64,000 nt of DNA from Dehalococcoidia bacterium (GTDB lineage Bacteria > Chloroflexota > Dehalococcoidia > Lucifugimonadales > GCA-2712585), in the NCBI GenBank assembly GCA_965208725.1, contig CBDBPI010000001.1, positions 732,687 through 796,686 on the forward strand, in the 5' to 3' direction. Under the pieces are notes generated by a model that saw only the letters and a list, made by a program, of their open reading frames with translations, was not told the DNA's origin and made no database searches. Below, one piece after another: positions 30,907-40,050 of this stretch. The stretch's first letter is position 1. Each line of letters opens with the position of its first letter. The translations under genes were made by a program, and so were the position numbers.

Positions 30907-31965
30907 CTACAGCATCCGCTGCTGAGCATTGATTCCACCGGGAGCGTACTCCAGGCCTAGGTGAGCGTAGGCTCGGGGGGTGGCGGTCCGGCCGCGGGGG
31001 GTGCGCTCCAGGAAGCCCAGCTGCATCAGGTAAGGCTCGTAGATGTCCATGATAGTGTCGGCCTCTTCGCTGATTGAAGCGGCCAGGGTGTGCAGGCCCA
31101 CTGGCCCGCCGGAAAATTTTTCAACCAGGCCCCGCAGCAGCCGGTGATCCACGTCGTCCAGCCCCAAGCTGTCTATTTCCAGCTTGTCCAAGGCCTGCAG
31201 ACACACCTTCCCCGTAATCTTCCCGTCGGCCATCACCTGCGCATAATCGCGGGTGCGCTTCAGCAGCCGGTTGGCCACCCTTGGGGTGCCGCGGGAACGG
31301 CTGGCTATCTCCGACACTCCCTTCTTGTCCACCGACACGTCCAGGATGTCTGCGGAGCGCTTGACAATCTGCCCCATGGCCTTGTTGTCGTAAAAGTCCA
31401 AACGGTAGATGGAGCCGAACCGGTCCCTCAACGGCGGGCTTATCATGGCGTAGCGTGTAGTGGCGCCGATGAGGGTGAAGGGATTGACCCGCAGGTTCAT
31501 GGCTCGCGCCGCCAGCCCCTTACCCATCATCCATGACAGAAAGAAGTCCTCCATAGCCGGGTAGAGCACCTCCTCCACCACCCGGCTCAGGCGATGAATC
31601 TCGTCGATGAACAGCACGTCGCCCTTGCCCAGGCTGGTCAGAATTGCCGCCATGTCTCCTGCGCGCTCGATGGCCGGCCCGGAGGTGACGCGGATGTTGA
31701 CGTTCATCTCCTGGGCGATGATGTGGCCCAGGGTTGTCTTGCCCAGTCCCGGCGGGCCGTAGAGAAGCACGTGGTCCAACGGTTCCTCCCGCATGAGAGC
31801 GGCGCGAATGGCGATGATAAGGTTGTCCTTGACCCGCTCCTGGCCGACGAACTCATTGAGCAGGCGCGGACGCAGGGAGGTGTCCAGCCCGGAGTCCTCA
31901 TTGCGGGCCTGGCCCGAAACGAGACGTGGGGACTGGTTGCGACGGTTGTTGGGCTGGTTCTGCAT
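30907..31965 (-). CDS. ruvB: Holliday junction helicase RuvB
   Basis: [22 protein letters not shown]. Start taken at MQNQPNNRR; the longer track ORF adds an unlikely leader. Confidence 0.92.
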   Translation of the reverse strand: MQNQPNNRRNQSPRLVSGQARNEDSGLDTSLRPRLLNEFVGQERVKDNLIIAIRAALMREEPLDHVLLYGPPGLGKTTLGHIIAQEMNVNIRVTSGPAIERAGDMAAILTSLGKGDVLFIDEIHRLSRVVEEVLYPAMEDFFLSWMMGKGLAARAMNLRVNPFTLIGATTRYAMISPPLRDRFGSIYRLDFYDNKAMGQIVKRSADILDVSVDKKGVSEIASRSRGTPRVANRLLKRTRDYAQVMADGKITGKVCLQALDKLEIDSLGLDDVDHRLLRGLVEKFSGGPVGLHTLAASISEEADTIMDIYEPYLMQLGFLERTPRGRTATPRAYAHLGLEYAPGGINAQQRML

Positions 31966-32071
31966 TTGCAACCATTCTAGGCAGGGTAGGCAAGAGCCGT
32001 CAACGAAAGCCGGCACCACCTTTGTTGCATAAGAACAAAAGATGGTATAATGCGAAGTCCCAGAAGGGAAC

Positions 32072-32833
32072 TTGTCCTTGATGCAAGAAGAAACCAACCA
32101 GCGAAGACAAAGCCGGATATTGTTGGATGAAGCATTCGATGCGCTGACAAAAGATGACCTTCAACAGGCCTCAGAGAATGGCTGGGGTGCTGCGGCGCTG
32201 ATGCTGAAAGCAGTCGCTGAGCAACGGGGATGGGAGCATGAGCACGATAGGGATTTGTACAGAATCGTTAGCAGACTTCGACTTGAGACCAGAAAACCGG
32301 AGTTGTCAGCGCTATTTGGCGCGTCCACCTCTCTAAGGTTCAACTCCAGCCACAATTGGCTTGCAACCCAAGACGTGGAAGACCATCTCCGCCGGGTAGA
32401 CCAATTTGTCACCAAGCTGGAGAAGCCGCTGGCAGACTCGCCCGAAAGAGTGGCCAAGAAACAGTTAGAGCCGCCTAGCAGAGAACGGAGCAGATTGTTC
32501 TTAGACCAAGCATACAAGGAATTATCCAAGGGTTATCTGGTAGAAGCATCCGAGAAAGGATGGCTCGCTGCCTTTGAGATGGCCAGAGTTATGGGACAAC
32601 AAAGGGGTTGCCCAATCTTGGACCAGGGAGATTTCATTCGCTTCATCGGCAATCAGCGTAGCGAGACAGAAGATTCCGAGTGGACGACCATGATTTCTTC
32701 AGCAAACAATTTGCACATGAACGCTCTCGAGAACTGGTATGACTATGGCTTCATTAAGTTTCTCCTCGAAAGCGTTGAGCGGCTGATGGACAAGGCAGAA
32801 GCGCTGCTGGACACATCCGCCCAAACCCGCTAA
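32072..32833 (+). CDS. tandem PaREP1/HEPN-like double-domain protein
   Basis: Two about 120-aa repeats. Each has L.D.A...L.KG.L..ASE.GWGAAA...KA.A..RG ([25 protein letters not shown]; [25 protein letters not shown]). Low GC. Confidence 0.55.
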   Translation: MSLMQEETNQRRQSRILLDEAFDALTKDDLQQASENGWGAAALMLKAVAEQRGWEHEHDRDLYRIVSRLRLETRKPELSALFGASTSLRFNSSHNWLATQDVEDHLRRVDQFVTKLEKPLADSPERVAKKQLEPPSRERSRLFLDQAYKELSKGYLVEASEKGWLAAFEMARVMGQQRGCPILDQGDFIRFIGNQRSETEDSEWTTMISSANNLHMNALENWYDYGFIKFLLESVERLMDKAEALLDTSAQTR

Positions 32834-32914
32834 CTTCACCACCCCCAGCCAAAGGGATCATACCCCGCCCTCGCCGCCGTTGTCTCTATTTCGCTCAGCG
32901 TCTACAATAGCCCC

Positions 32915-34207
32915 ATGGTCCAGACAGAGATTCATCCCCCTTCGGTAACACAAGTCAGCGCACGTCCACGGGTAACGGCATCTCCAGACGACTACCTGGA
33001 CGGAGTGAGCGAGTGGCTGAAGCCCATCCTTCACCGCGTGGTGGAGAAGGGCCGCGAACTCTCGGAGGAAGAGTCTCTGGCGCTGGCTCACTCATCTAAT
33101 GAGAATTTGGGTAGTCTCTGCCGTGCGGCATCCATTCTTCGCGACCGGGGCAAAGGACGCGTCGTCACCTTCTCTCCTAAGGTCTTCATCCCCCTGACCC
33201 GGCTGTGCCGGGACTTCTGCGGCTACTGCACCTTCCGTCAATCGCCCTCTGAGGCTGAAATGCTCTACATGACCTCGGAGGAGGCGTTGGAGGTGGCCCG
33301 CGCCGGACAACGGCTGGGCTGCGCCGAGGCGCTCTTCACCCTGGGGGAGCACCCGGAGCAGCGCTACGCTGAGGCTCAAGGGTGGCTCAACAACGCGGGC
33401 TACCGGACAACGCTGGAGTACCTGACCCACGTTTCCGCTCAGGTGCTGGAGCACACGTCCATGCTGCCCCACGCCAACCCGGGTGTCATGAGCCGTCGGG
33501 AGATGACGGCCTTGCGGCCCGTTAACGCCTCAATGGGGGTGATGCTGGAGATTCTCAGCGAGCGCCTCTGCTTCGAAGGCGGGCCGCACCACTTGGCCCC
33601 AAGCAAGCGCCCCTCAGTACGGCTGAAAACCCTCGACCTGGCCGGTCAACTCAAGATTCCCTTCACCACCGGCATCCTCATCGGCATTGGCGAGACCCGA
33701 AAGGAACGCATCGAGTCCCTGCTCGCCATCAGGCAGTCCCACCGTCAATACGGTCACGTGCAGGAGGTCATCGTCCAGAATTTCCGCGCCAAGGCCGACA
33801 CGGCCATGGGAGACCATCCAGACGCCGCCACGGAAGACCTGCTCTGGACGGTAGCGGTCGCACGACTGATTCTTGGCCCGACCGTCAACCTGCAGGTGCC
33901 GCCAAACCTTAACCAGGCCGACTACCCGCTCTTCCTCACCACGGGCATCAACGACTGGGGCGGCGTTTCGCCCCTCACCATCGACTACGTCAACCCGGAA
34001 GCGCCCTGGCCGCAAATTTCGCAGCTCCAAAGTCGCACCGAAGCCTTGGGCTTCCAGCTCAGACCACGGCTGCCCATTTATCCCGAGTTCTTCATGGACC
34101 GCGACGACTTCGCCTCCCCTGCCATGCGGGATAGACTTCTGGACATTGCCGACGAGGGTGGATACGTTAAGGGGGGCATCGAAAGATATGTCAATGCATC
34201 AAGCTGA
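32915..34207 (+). CDS. cofG: 7,8-didemethyl-8-hydroxy-5-deazariboflavin (FO) synthase subunit CofG
   Basis: Radical-SAM CRDFCGYCTF. Followed by cofH, cofD, cofC. Confidence 0.88.
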   Translation: MVQTEIHPPSVTQVSARPRVTASPDDYLDGVSEWLKPILHRVVEKGRELSEEESLALAHSSNENLGSLCRAASILRDRGKGRVVTFSPKVFIPLTRLCRDFCGYCTFRQSPSEAEMLYMTSEEALEVARAGQRLGCAEALFTLGEHPEQRYAEAQGWLNNAGYRTTLEYLTHVSAQVLEHTSMLPHANPGVMSRREMTALRPVNASMGVMLEILSERLCFEGGPHHLAPSKRPSVRLKTLDLAGQLKIPFTTGILIGIGETRKERIESLLAIRQSHRQYGHVQEVIVQNFRAKADTAMGDHPDAATEDLLWTVAVARLILGPTVNLQVPPNLNQADYPLFLTTGINDWGGVSPLTIDYVNPEAPWPQISQLQSRTEALGFQLRPRLPIYPEFFMDRDDFASPAMRDRLLDIADEGGYVKGGIERYVNASS

Positions 34208-35507
34208 CCCGCCATCCCCCCGCTCCCTGGAAGCCCTGGTTGGCGCCGTCGAACTCAAGGTGGGCCGGGCGCTGTCCGACGCCCTGGAGGGCAGGGACAT
34301 CTCGGTGGAGCAGGCGGTGACCCTCTTCGAGACCTCGGGACTTGAACTTAACGCGACAACCCTGGTTGCCGACGAGCTTCGACGCCGCACCGTGGGCGAT
34401 CTCGTCACCTACGTGGTCAACCGCAACATCAACTTCACCAACGTCTGCATCAAGCGATGCGGCTTCTGCGCCTTCAGCCGGGACCACCGGCAGGAGGAAG
34501 GCTACTTCCTCCCCATCGCAGAGGTGATCCGCCGGGCGCGGGAGGCGTGGGAACTGGGAGCAACGGAGGTCTGCATCCAGGCGGGCCTGCCTCCACAGAT
34601 GGAGGGCGACCTGTACGTCCGAATCTGCGAGGCCATCAAGGAAGAGCTGCCCGACATGCACATCCACGGCTTCTCCCCGGAGGAAGTGCTCTACGGCTCC
34701 ATCCGCTCCCAGTGCAGCATCAGGGACTACCTGAAGGCGCTGAAGTACGCGGGCGTAGGCAGCCTGCCCGGCACCTCTGCCGAGATTCTCGACCAGGAAC
34801 TCCGCGACCGCATCGCCCCCGGTAGAATCACCACCGAGAAATGGATTGAAGTCATCACCACCGCCCACTCCCTCGGCATCCCCACCACCTCCACCATCAT
34901 GTTCGGCCATGTGGAGACCAACGAGCAGAAGGCCCGCCACATCGCCCTCATCCGGGACGTTCAGAAGTCCAGCGGCGGCATCACGGAGTTCGTTCCTCTG
35001 AGCTTCGTCCACGCCGAAGCGCCCATGCACTTCCAGAAAACCGTCGACGGCCTCCGCAGCGGCGCCACCGGTTCGGAGGTACTGAAGGTCCACGCCATCG
35101 CCCGCATCATGCTGAACAACTGGATTCCCAACATCCAGGCCTCCTGGGTGAAGGAGGGACTGCGCATGTCCCAGATTCTCCTCCTCGCCGGGGTTAACGA
35201 CCTGGGCGGCAGTCTCATCAACGAAAGCATCTCCACGGCGGCGGGTGCGCAGCATGGACAGCTGGTTCGCCCTTCCGAGTTCCGCAGCACCATCCGCGAC
35301 GCGGGCCGGGTGCCCGCAGAGCGCTACACCACCTACAACATCAAGCGCATCTTCGACGACCACGACGACCCCCAGGACCCGCTGGACCTGCTGGAAGGCA
35401 ACCTGGAGGAACGGTTCGGCACCTACCACAGCATGGTGCAGATGAAGGGTTTCCGCTTCGTACATCCCAAGCGCCGGGACAAAGCCAAGTCCCCCACCAC
35501 TCCCTAG
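34188..35507 (+). CDS. cofH: FO synthase subunit CofH
   Basis: Radical-SAM CIKRCGFCAF. Start at MSMHQADPP overlaps the cofG 3' end. Confidence 0.88.
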   Translation: MSMHQADPPSPRSLEALVGAVELKVGRALSDALEGRDISVEQAVTLFETSGLELNATTLVADELRRRTVGDLVTYVVNRNINFTNVCIKRCGFCAFSRDHRQEEGYFLPIAEVIRRAREAWELGATEVCIQAGLPPQMEGDLYVRICEAIKEELPDMHIHGFSPEEVLYGSIRSQCSIRDYLKALKYAGVGSLPGTSAEILDQELRDRIAPGRITTEKWIEVITTAHSLGIPTTSTIMFGHVETNEQKARHIALIRDVQKSSGGITEFVPLSFVHAEAPMHFQKTVDGLRSGATGSEVLKVHAIARIMLNNWIPNIQASWVKEGLRMSQILLLAGVNDLGGSLINESISTAAGAQHGQLVRPSEFRSTIRDAGRVPAERYTTYNIKRIFDDHDDPQDPLDLLEGNLEERFGTYHSMVQMKGFRFVHPKRRDKAKSPTTP

Positions 35508-35513
35508 CATCCC

Positions 35514-36467
35514 ATGCCGGCGAAACCGGGGCCTGTGCTGGCCTTGGCGGGCGGCGTGGGCGGCGCAAAGCTGGCCCTCGGCCTCACCCGCGTCCTCCCA
35601 CCGGATGACCTGGTCATCGTGGTAAACACGGGCGACGACGAGGAGTTCCACGGACTCCACGTATCCCCCGACCTCGACACTGTGATGTATACCCTTAGCG
35701 GCCTGTCCGACCCGGAGCGAGGATGGGGACTTTCCGGCGAGACCTTTCAAGCCCTGCAGATGCTCTCTGTCTACGGCGTCCCTACCTGGTTCAACCTTGG
35801 CGACCGCGACATGGCCACCCACATCCGCCGCACTCAGCTTCTACGACAGAGCCGAACTTTGTCCAAAGTAACTCGGGAGTTGTGCACCCGGCTCGGCATT
35901 GTTCACACGGTAGCGCCTATGACCGACGACAGGGTCCGCACGAAAGTCGAGACGTCGGAAGGCGTCCTGCCCTTCCAGGACTACTTCGTCCGGCTGAGAT
36001 GTGAGCCACAGGCGACGGCGGTCCACTTCGACGGTGCGGACGCCACAAAACCATCGCCCATCTTTGACGAAGCTTTGAACAACGCCCGCGCCATCATCGT
36101 CTGCCCCTCCAATCCCTTCCTCAGCATCGACCCCATCCTTGCCGTCGGAGACGTTCAAGAGCGAGTCCGACGCTTCAACGGCCCCCGTGTCGTCGTCAGC
36201 CCGATCGTCGGCGGCGAGGCCATTCGAGGCCCCGCGGCAAAGATGATGCGGGAGCTTGGCCATCCCGTATCCAGCGTTGGCGTGGCCCGCAAGTACGTCG
36301 GCCTATGCGACCACTTCATAGTCGACAACGCCGACGCCAACGAGTCCAGAGACATAGAATCTCTCGGCATGAAGGCCCACGTCACCAACACGATCATGAA
36401 TACAACTGACGACAAGGAAACCCTCGCACGGTACGTCCTCCGGCTTCTCAACGAGGAAGACAGGTAG
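35514..36467 (+). CDS. cofD: 2-phospho-L-lactate transferase CofD/FbiA
   Basis: VLALAGGVGGAKLALGL N-terminal motif. Confidence 0.88.
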   Translation: MPAKPGPVLALAGGVGGAKLALGLTRVLPPDDLVIVVNTGDDEEFHGLHVSPDLDTVMYTLSGLSDPERGWGLSGETFQALQMLSVYGVPTWFNLGDRDMATHIRRTQLLRQSRTLSKVTRELCTRLGIVHTVAPMTDDRVRTKVETSEGVLPFQDYFVRLRCEPQATAVHFDGADATKPSPIFDEALNNARAIIVCPSNPFLSIDPILAVGDVQERVRRFNGPRVVVSPIVGGEAIRGPAAKMMRELGHPVSSVGVARKYVGLCDHFIVDNADANESRDIESLGMKAHVTNTIMNTTDDKETLARYVLRLLNEEDR

Positions 36468-36475
36468 CCGCTGCG

Positions 36476-37102
36476 GTGAAGGTTGTCGCAATAATTCCGG
36501 TCAAGGCCTTGACCGAGGCCAAGTCGCGCCTCAAACCTTACTTCAATGACACCCAACGCCGACGTCTGGTGAAGTCCATGCTGCGACGTGTCATCCGCGC
36601 AGCAAAGGGAGCCGGAGCAGAAGTTTGGATGTTGGGCGCCGACGATTCCAGCCGAAAACTGGCCCATGACGAAGCGGCTAACTGGTGTCGAGAGGCGGGA
36701 GAAAACATCAACGAAAGCCTTCAGTTGGTGTTCGAGGAGGCGTGGTCCGCCGGAAAGTCGCCCCTCTTCCTGCCGGGAGATCTCCCCTTCCTGACAAGTG
36801 AGGACGTTAAAGGGTTGATTGCTCAGGCAGCGTCGAACTCCAACCCAAACATCGTCCTCTCACCGGCAAAAAGCGGCTGCGGTACCAACGCCGTCCTGGT
36901 TCCTCGACCGCTGGACTTCCGACTGCGGCTGGGAGTGAACAGCCTATCTCGCCACGTCGAGCAGGCTCACCGGCTAGGTCTCCATCTCTCAATCTACGAC
37001 AACCCCAGCCTGGCCAGAGACCTGGACACCTGGCAGGATTTGCAGGAATACGAGACGCTGCATCCGGGCTTCCTGGCGCAAATGACGCGTGGGGAAGATT
37101 GA
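36476..37102 (+). CDS. cofC: F420 biosynthesis guanylyltransferase CofC/FbiD
   Basis: VVAIIPVKALTEAKSRL..., LPGDLPFL; GTG start. Confidence 0.8.
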   Translation: MKVVAIIPVKALTEAKSRLKPYFNDTQRRRLVKSMLRRVIRAAKGAGAEVWMLGADDSSRKLAHDEAANWCREAGENINESLQLVFEEAWSAGKSPLFLPGDLPFLTSEDVKGLIAQAASNSNPNIVLSPAKSGCGTNAVLVPRPLDFRLRLGVNSLSRHVEQAHRLGLHLSIYDNPSLARDLDTWQDLQEYETLHPGFLAQMTRGED

Positions 37103-37141
37103 TGTGAGGGGTAGACGCAATACGATACGGAGTTTTCCGAC

Positions 37142-38107
37142 ATGTCCAACTCTAAACTGAAACTCGGCGTCCTTCTCCCCACTCGGGGACTGGTAATGAG
37201 AGACGAGCAGCCGCAGAACGCCAACCTAGTGCTGGAGATGGCCCAACGCGCGGAAGCGGCGGGCCTGGACTCCGTCTGGGTCGGTGACAGCCTGACCGCC
37301 AAGCCGCGGATGGAGCCCCTCACCACCCTCGCCGCCATCGCAACCCAGACCGAGCGCGTCCGCCTTGGCACTGCCGTGCTCCTCGGCGCCCTCCGACATC
37401 CCGTGCTGCTGGCCCAGATGGTCGGCACCCTCGACCTGATTTCCGGCGGGCGCACCGTCCTGGCCGTCGGCGCGGGCGGCGCCTTCAACGAATCCCAGCA
37501 GCGAGAGTGGCGCGTCGCGGGCGTAAATCCCCGCCAGCGAGGGCGTCGGCTCGAAGAAGTAATGCAGGTGGTCAAAGCTCTAGGCACCGGACATCTTGAA
37601 TCCCACCAAGGGCGTCACTTCCAGCTGGAGGACCTGCAGATGCGTCCCGTGCCCGTACAGAAAGGCGGCGTGCCCATCCTCTTCGCCTGCCATCTGCGCG
37701 CCAAGCGCGAGGCCCAGTTCAAGAGGGCGGCAAGACTTGGCGAAGGATTTATCTCCATCTCCGAGCCGCCGTCGGAGTTCGCTGAAGTGGGACATCGCGT
37801 CGCCAGATACGCCGCCGAATACGGCCGCGACGCCGACACGATGGAGCGAGTCTTCTACATGACCGTCAACCTGAATCCCGACTCAGCCGAAGCCGAAAGG
37901 GAAGCCGACCGGTGGATCCGCCTCTACTACGGCGTCAACATCTGGCGCGATCTCTGGGGCCCCTGGGGTCCGACGCAAGGGCTGACAGACGCTATTCGCG
38001 CCTACGAGGCAGCGGGCGCAACCACCGTCATCGTCCGCTTCGCCTCCTTCACACCCCTGCAGCAATTCCAGACCTTCGTGGATGACGTCCTACCGCAGTT
38101 GCATTAA
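37142..38107 (+). CDS. LLM-class (luciferase-like) oxidoreductase, probably F420-dependent
   Basis: LGVLLPTRG..., AGLDSVWVGDSL. Context next to the cof genes. Confidence 0.75.
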   Translation: MSNSKLKLGVLLPTRGLVMRDEQPQNANLVLEMAQRAEAAGLDSVWVGDSLTAKPRMEPLTTLAAIATQTERVRLGTAVLLGALRHPVLLAQMVGTLDLISGGRTVLAVGAGGAFNESQQREWRVAGVNPRQRGRRLEEVMQVVKALGTGHLESHQGRHFQLEDLQMRPVPVQKGGVPILFACHLRAKREAQFKRAARLGEGFISISEPPSEFAEVGHRVARYAAEYGRDADTMERVFYMTVNLNPDSAEAEREADRWIRLYYGVNIWRDLWGPWGPTQGLTDAIRAYEAAGATTVIVRFASFTPLQQFQTFVDDVLPQLH

Positions 38108-38185
38108 ACCCTTTCGCCATCCCTACCCCCACCCAGATGATATACTGGCAAACGCACTTCGCTTATCCTCCAAAAGGAGAAAACG

Positions 38186-38959
38186 TTGTTTCCCATTGAC
38201 CTATCAGACAAGAAAGCGCTGGTCTTCGGCGTGGCCAATCAGCGCAGTATCGCCTGGGCCATCTGCCAGTCCCTCCACAAGGCGGGCGTCAGGCTTGGCG
38301 TCGTCTACCAAAACGAGCGCCTCCGCAACCGGGCCGAACGGCTGACCAAGGACATGGAAGGCTCCCTCCTGCTCCAGTGCGACGTCACCTCCGGGGAAGA
38401 AATCGAAGCGGTGTTCCGCCAGGCCGGAGAAGAATTCGGCAGCATCGACTATCTCGTCCACAGCATCGCATTCGCCCACCGGGACGACCTCGGCGGCGAT
38501 TTTTCCAACCTGAGCCGCGACGGATTTCGCGACGCCCTCGAAATCAGCGCCTACTCACTGATTCCCCTGGTGCGCCACGCCGCCGGGCTGATGACCGAAG
38601 GCGGCAGCGTGGTGACCATGACCTTCAACGGCTCCGAGCGAGTCTACCCCGGCTACAACGTCATGGGCATCGCCAAGGCCGCCCTGGAGAACGAGGTCAA
38701 GCAGCTCGCGGCGGAGTACGGCCCGCGAAACATCCGCGTCAACGCCATCTACGCCGGCCCGCTGGAGACCCTCGCGGGCCGCGGCATCACCGGCTTCCGC
38801 GACATGCGCCGCATGCACGCCGAGAGGGCGCCCCTGCAGCGCAACATCACCCACCGGGAGGTTGGGGACACTGCCCTCTACCTCTGCAGCAATCTCTCCA
38901 GCGGCGTCACCGGGGCCGTCATCCCCGTGGACGCCGGATATCACGTAATGGCGGTCTAG
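38186..38959 (+). CDS. fabI: enoyl-ACP reductase FabI
   Basis: KALVFGVANQRSIAWAI, SIAFA, YNVMGIAKAALE (Tyr/Lys catalytic pair); TTG start. Confidence 0.88.
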   Translation: MFPIDLSDKKALVFGVANQRSIAWAICQSLHKAGVRLGVVYQNERLRNRAERLTKDMEGSLLLQCDVTSGEEIEAVFRQAGEEFGSIDYLVHSIAFAHRDDLGGDFSNLSRDGFRDALEISAYSLIPLVRHAAGLMTEGGSVVTMTFNGSERVYPGYNVMGIAKAALENEVKQLAAEYGPRNIRVNAIYAGPLETLAGRGITGFRDMRRMHAERAPLQRNITHREVGDTALYLCSNLSSGVTGAVIPVDAGYHVMAV

Positions 38960-39040
38960 ACGAATAGACCCTCTTGCTGGAACGCCCCGTGTCCAACAGC
39001 AAGTTAGCTTGGTAACATAGGGAAAAAAGAGGAGGATGCC

Positions 39041-39388
39041 ATGAGCGGCAACGATTGCATATTCTGCGCCATGTCCAGCGGCGCCATGCAGGTGGACTTC
39101 CTATACCTTGACCACCAGATTATGGTGATTCGCGACATCCGGCCTCGCGCTCCTACCCACCTGTTGATAATCCCGCGTCGGCACGTGAAAGGACTGACCT
39201 ATGCCGCCGGACGCACCTCAGCGGTCCTGGGGCAGATGTTTGTCATCGCTGAGGAGATGGCTAGACGGGAGGGCGTAACCGTCAGCGGGTACCGACTGAT
39301 AGTCAACCAGGGCCCGGATTCCGGCCAGGAACTTGAACACTTGCACATGCACCTGCTGGCCGGCAGGGACATGTCCAGATCGATATAG
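39041..39388 (+). CDS. HIT family hydrolase
   Basis: CIFC..., histidine triad HLHMHLL. Confidence 0.88.
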   Translation: MSGNDCIFCAMSSGAMQVDFLYLDHQIMVIRDIRPRAPTHLLIIPRRHVKGLTYAAGRTSAVLGQMFVIAEEMARREGVTVSGYRLIVNQGPDSGQELEHLHMHLLAGRDMSRSI

Positions 39389-39400
39389 GGTCGAAGGCAG

Positions 39401-39991
39401 ATGGAGCACGGCATTCATCAGATAGTGGAGGACTGGGTGGACACCCTCCCCCATGGTCTCGCGAGCCACATCGGACGGGTGGAGACCCTTGCGGTCGAGT
39501 TCGCCGAAGCCCACAAACTGGAGACGGAACGGGTGCGACTGTGCGCCCAGGCCCACGATCTCTGCCGGTGGATGCGCGGCGAAGAACTGCTTGCCAAAGC
39601 CCACGAATTCGGCATCCCCATACACTCAGTTGAGGAGCACAACCCCATCCTCCTTCATGGACAGGTGGCGGCGGAGATGCTGCGGATGAAGGGCCTCGAC
39701 GACCAGGTGGTCTACGACGGGGTGTACTACCACAGCACCGCTTACCCCGGCCTGCACCCCATAGCCAAGGCCGTCTTCCTCGCCGACAAGCTGGAGCCCA
39801 ACAAGGCAGGACGCTACGCCTATTCCTCCGAGGCGTTGAAGGACCGCGCCATGAAGAGCCTGGACGAAGCCCTGCTGGAGTTCCTCAGCCGCGAAATCGG
39901 CGCCCTTTTGGCGCGGGGACAGATGGTCCACCCCTCCGCCCTTGAAGCCCGCAACGAGCTCCTCGCCGAGGGCCTCAAGTTCACCCTGTAG
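39401..39991 (+). CDS. HD-domain phosphohydrolase (YqeK-like)
   Basis: H...AQAHDLCR HD motif; about 196 aa. Confidence 0.65.
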   Translation: MEHGIHQIVEDWVDTLPHGLASHIGRVETLAVEFAEAHKLETERVRLCAQAHDLCRWMRGEELLAKAHEFGIPIHSVEEHNPILLHGQVAAEMLRMKGLDDQVVYDGVYYHSTAYPGLHPIAKAVFLADKLEPNKAGRYAYSSEALKDRAMKSLDEALLEFLSREIGALLARGQMVHPSALEARNELLAEGLKFTL

Positions 39992-40016
39992 CGTTTGGAC
40001 TCATCCCACCAGCATC

Positions 40017-40045
40017 CCGTAGGGGCGGGTTTCAAACCCGCCCGT
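40017..40045. repeat. solitary REP-like hairpin (family A) between convergent genes
   Basis: CCGTAGGGGCGGGTTTCAAACCCGCCCGT. GC stem GGGCGGG/CCCGCCC. It fills most of the 59-bp gap between the stops at 39991 and 40051. Confidence 0.8.
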
Positions 40046-40050
40046 TCCAA

